Shown piece by piece: positions 23,137 through 23,265 of a stretch of DNA of 23,265 bases. How positions within the stretch are numbered: position 1 is the stretch's first letter; each line of letters starts with the position of its first letter. A model generated the notes under the pieces. The model was not told where the DNA came from and searched no databases. It saw only the letters and a list, made by a program, of their open reading frames with translations. This DNA comes from Lepidodermella squamata (taxonomy: Eukaryota > Animalia > Gastrotricha): NCBI GenBank assembly GCA_047495785.1, contig JBLDXI010000137.1:1-23265 (forward strand), in the 5' to 3' direction. The translations under genes were made by a program, and so were the position numbers.

Positions 23137-23265
23137 CCCCGTATATCTAGTAAATAATTGTTTTGCTGTTGGCAAAGGAAATGAAGCGGCACATGCGGTC
23201 TTTCAAATTACAAATTTCTCTCCTTGGTTTGTATTATTACTGCGGCGCAGAATGTCATCATGAGT

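Larger units (their letters stand above)
15505..23265. repeat. Right arm of giant inverted repeat (continues to window end)
   Basis: Reverse complement of 6550-14310 with constant offset (no net indel). Confidence 0.99.

Noticed and set aside
6550-23265. Arms as terminal inverted repeats of a giant or foldback transposon
   Set aside because: The arms consist of ordinary host genes, the spacer is the continuation of CEP192, and there is no transposase or target-site duplication.
1-23265. tRNA, rRNA, CRISPR array or prokaryotic operon
   Set aside because: No such signatures seen; the genes are spliceosomal-intron-containing eukaryotic genes.

Overview
Eukaryotic (probably animal) gene-dense DNA with very short introns (14 of 16 inferred are 49-62 bp). 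The left, single-copy part holds SNW1/SKIP (+, 3 exons) and UDP-glucose 6-dehydrogenase (-, 2 coding exons) tail to tail. The rest is a giant palindrome: arms 6550-14310 and 15505-23265 (at least 7761 bp each, position x pairs with 29815-x, right arm runs off the window end) around a 1194-bp spacer. Each arm has a complete BRMS1/BRMS1L (Sds3-family) gene head to head with a CEP192/SPD-2-like centrosome scaffold gene. The fold-back falls inside CEP192 at an imperfect ~17-bp inverted microhomology, so neither CEP192 copy is complete. I found only two arm differences (not an exhaustive comparison): one SNP, and one 17-bp block resembling the Nextera/Tn5 mosaic end. The palindrome is either a very young template-switch inversion-duplication that would make a multi-kb hairpin RNA, or, at least as likely, a whole-genome-amplification or long-read fold-back chimera. 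Sequence alone cannot decide. Homologue motifs quoted below are recalled from memory, not from a database search.
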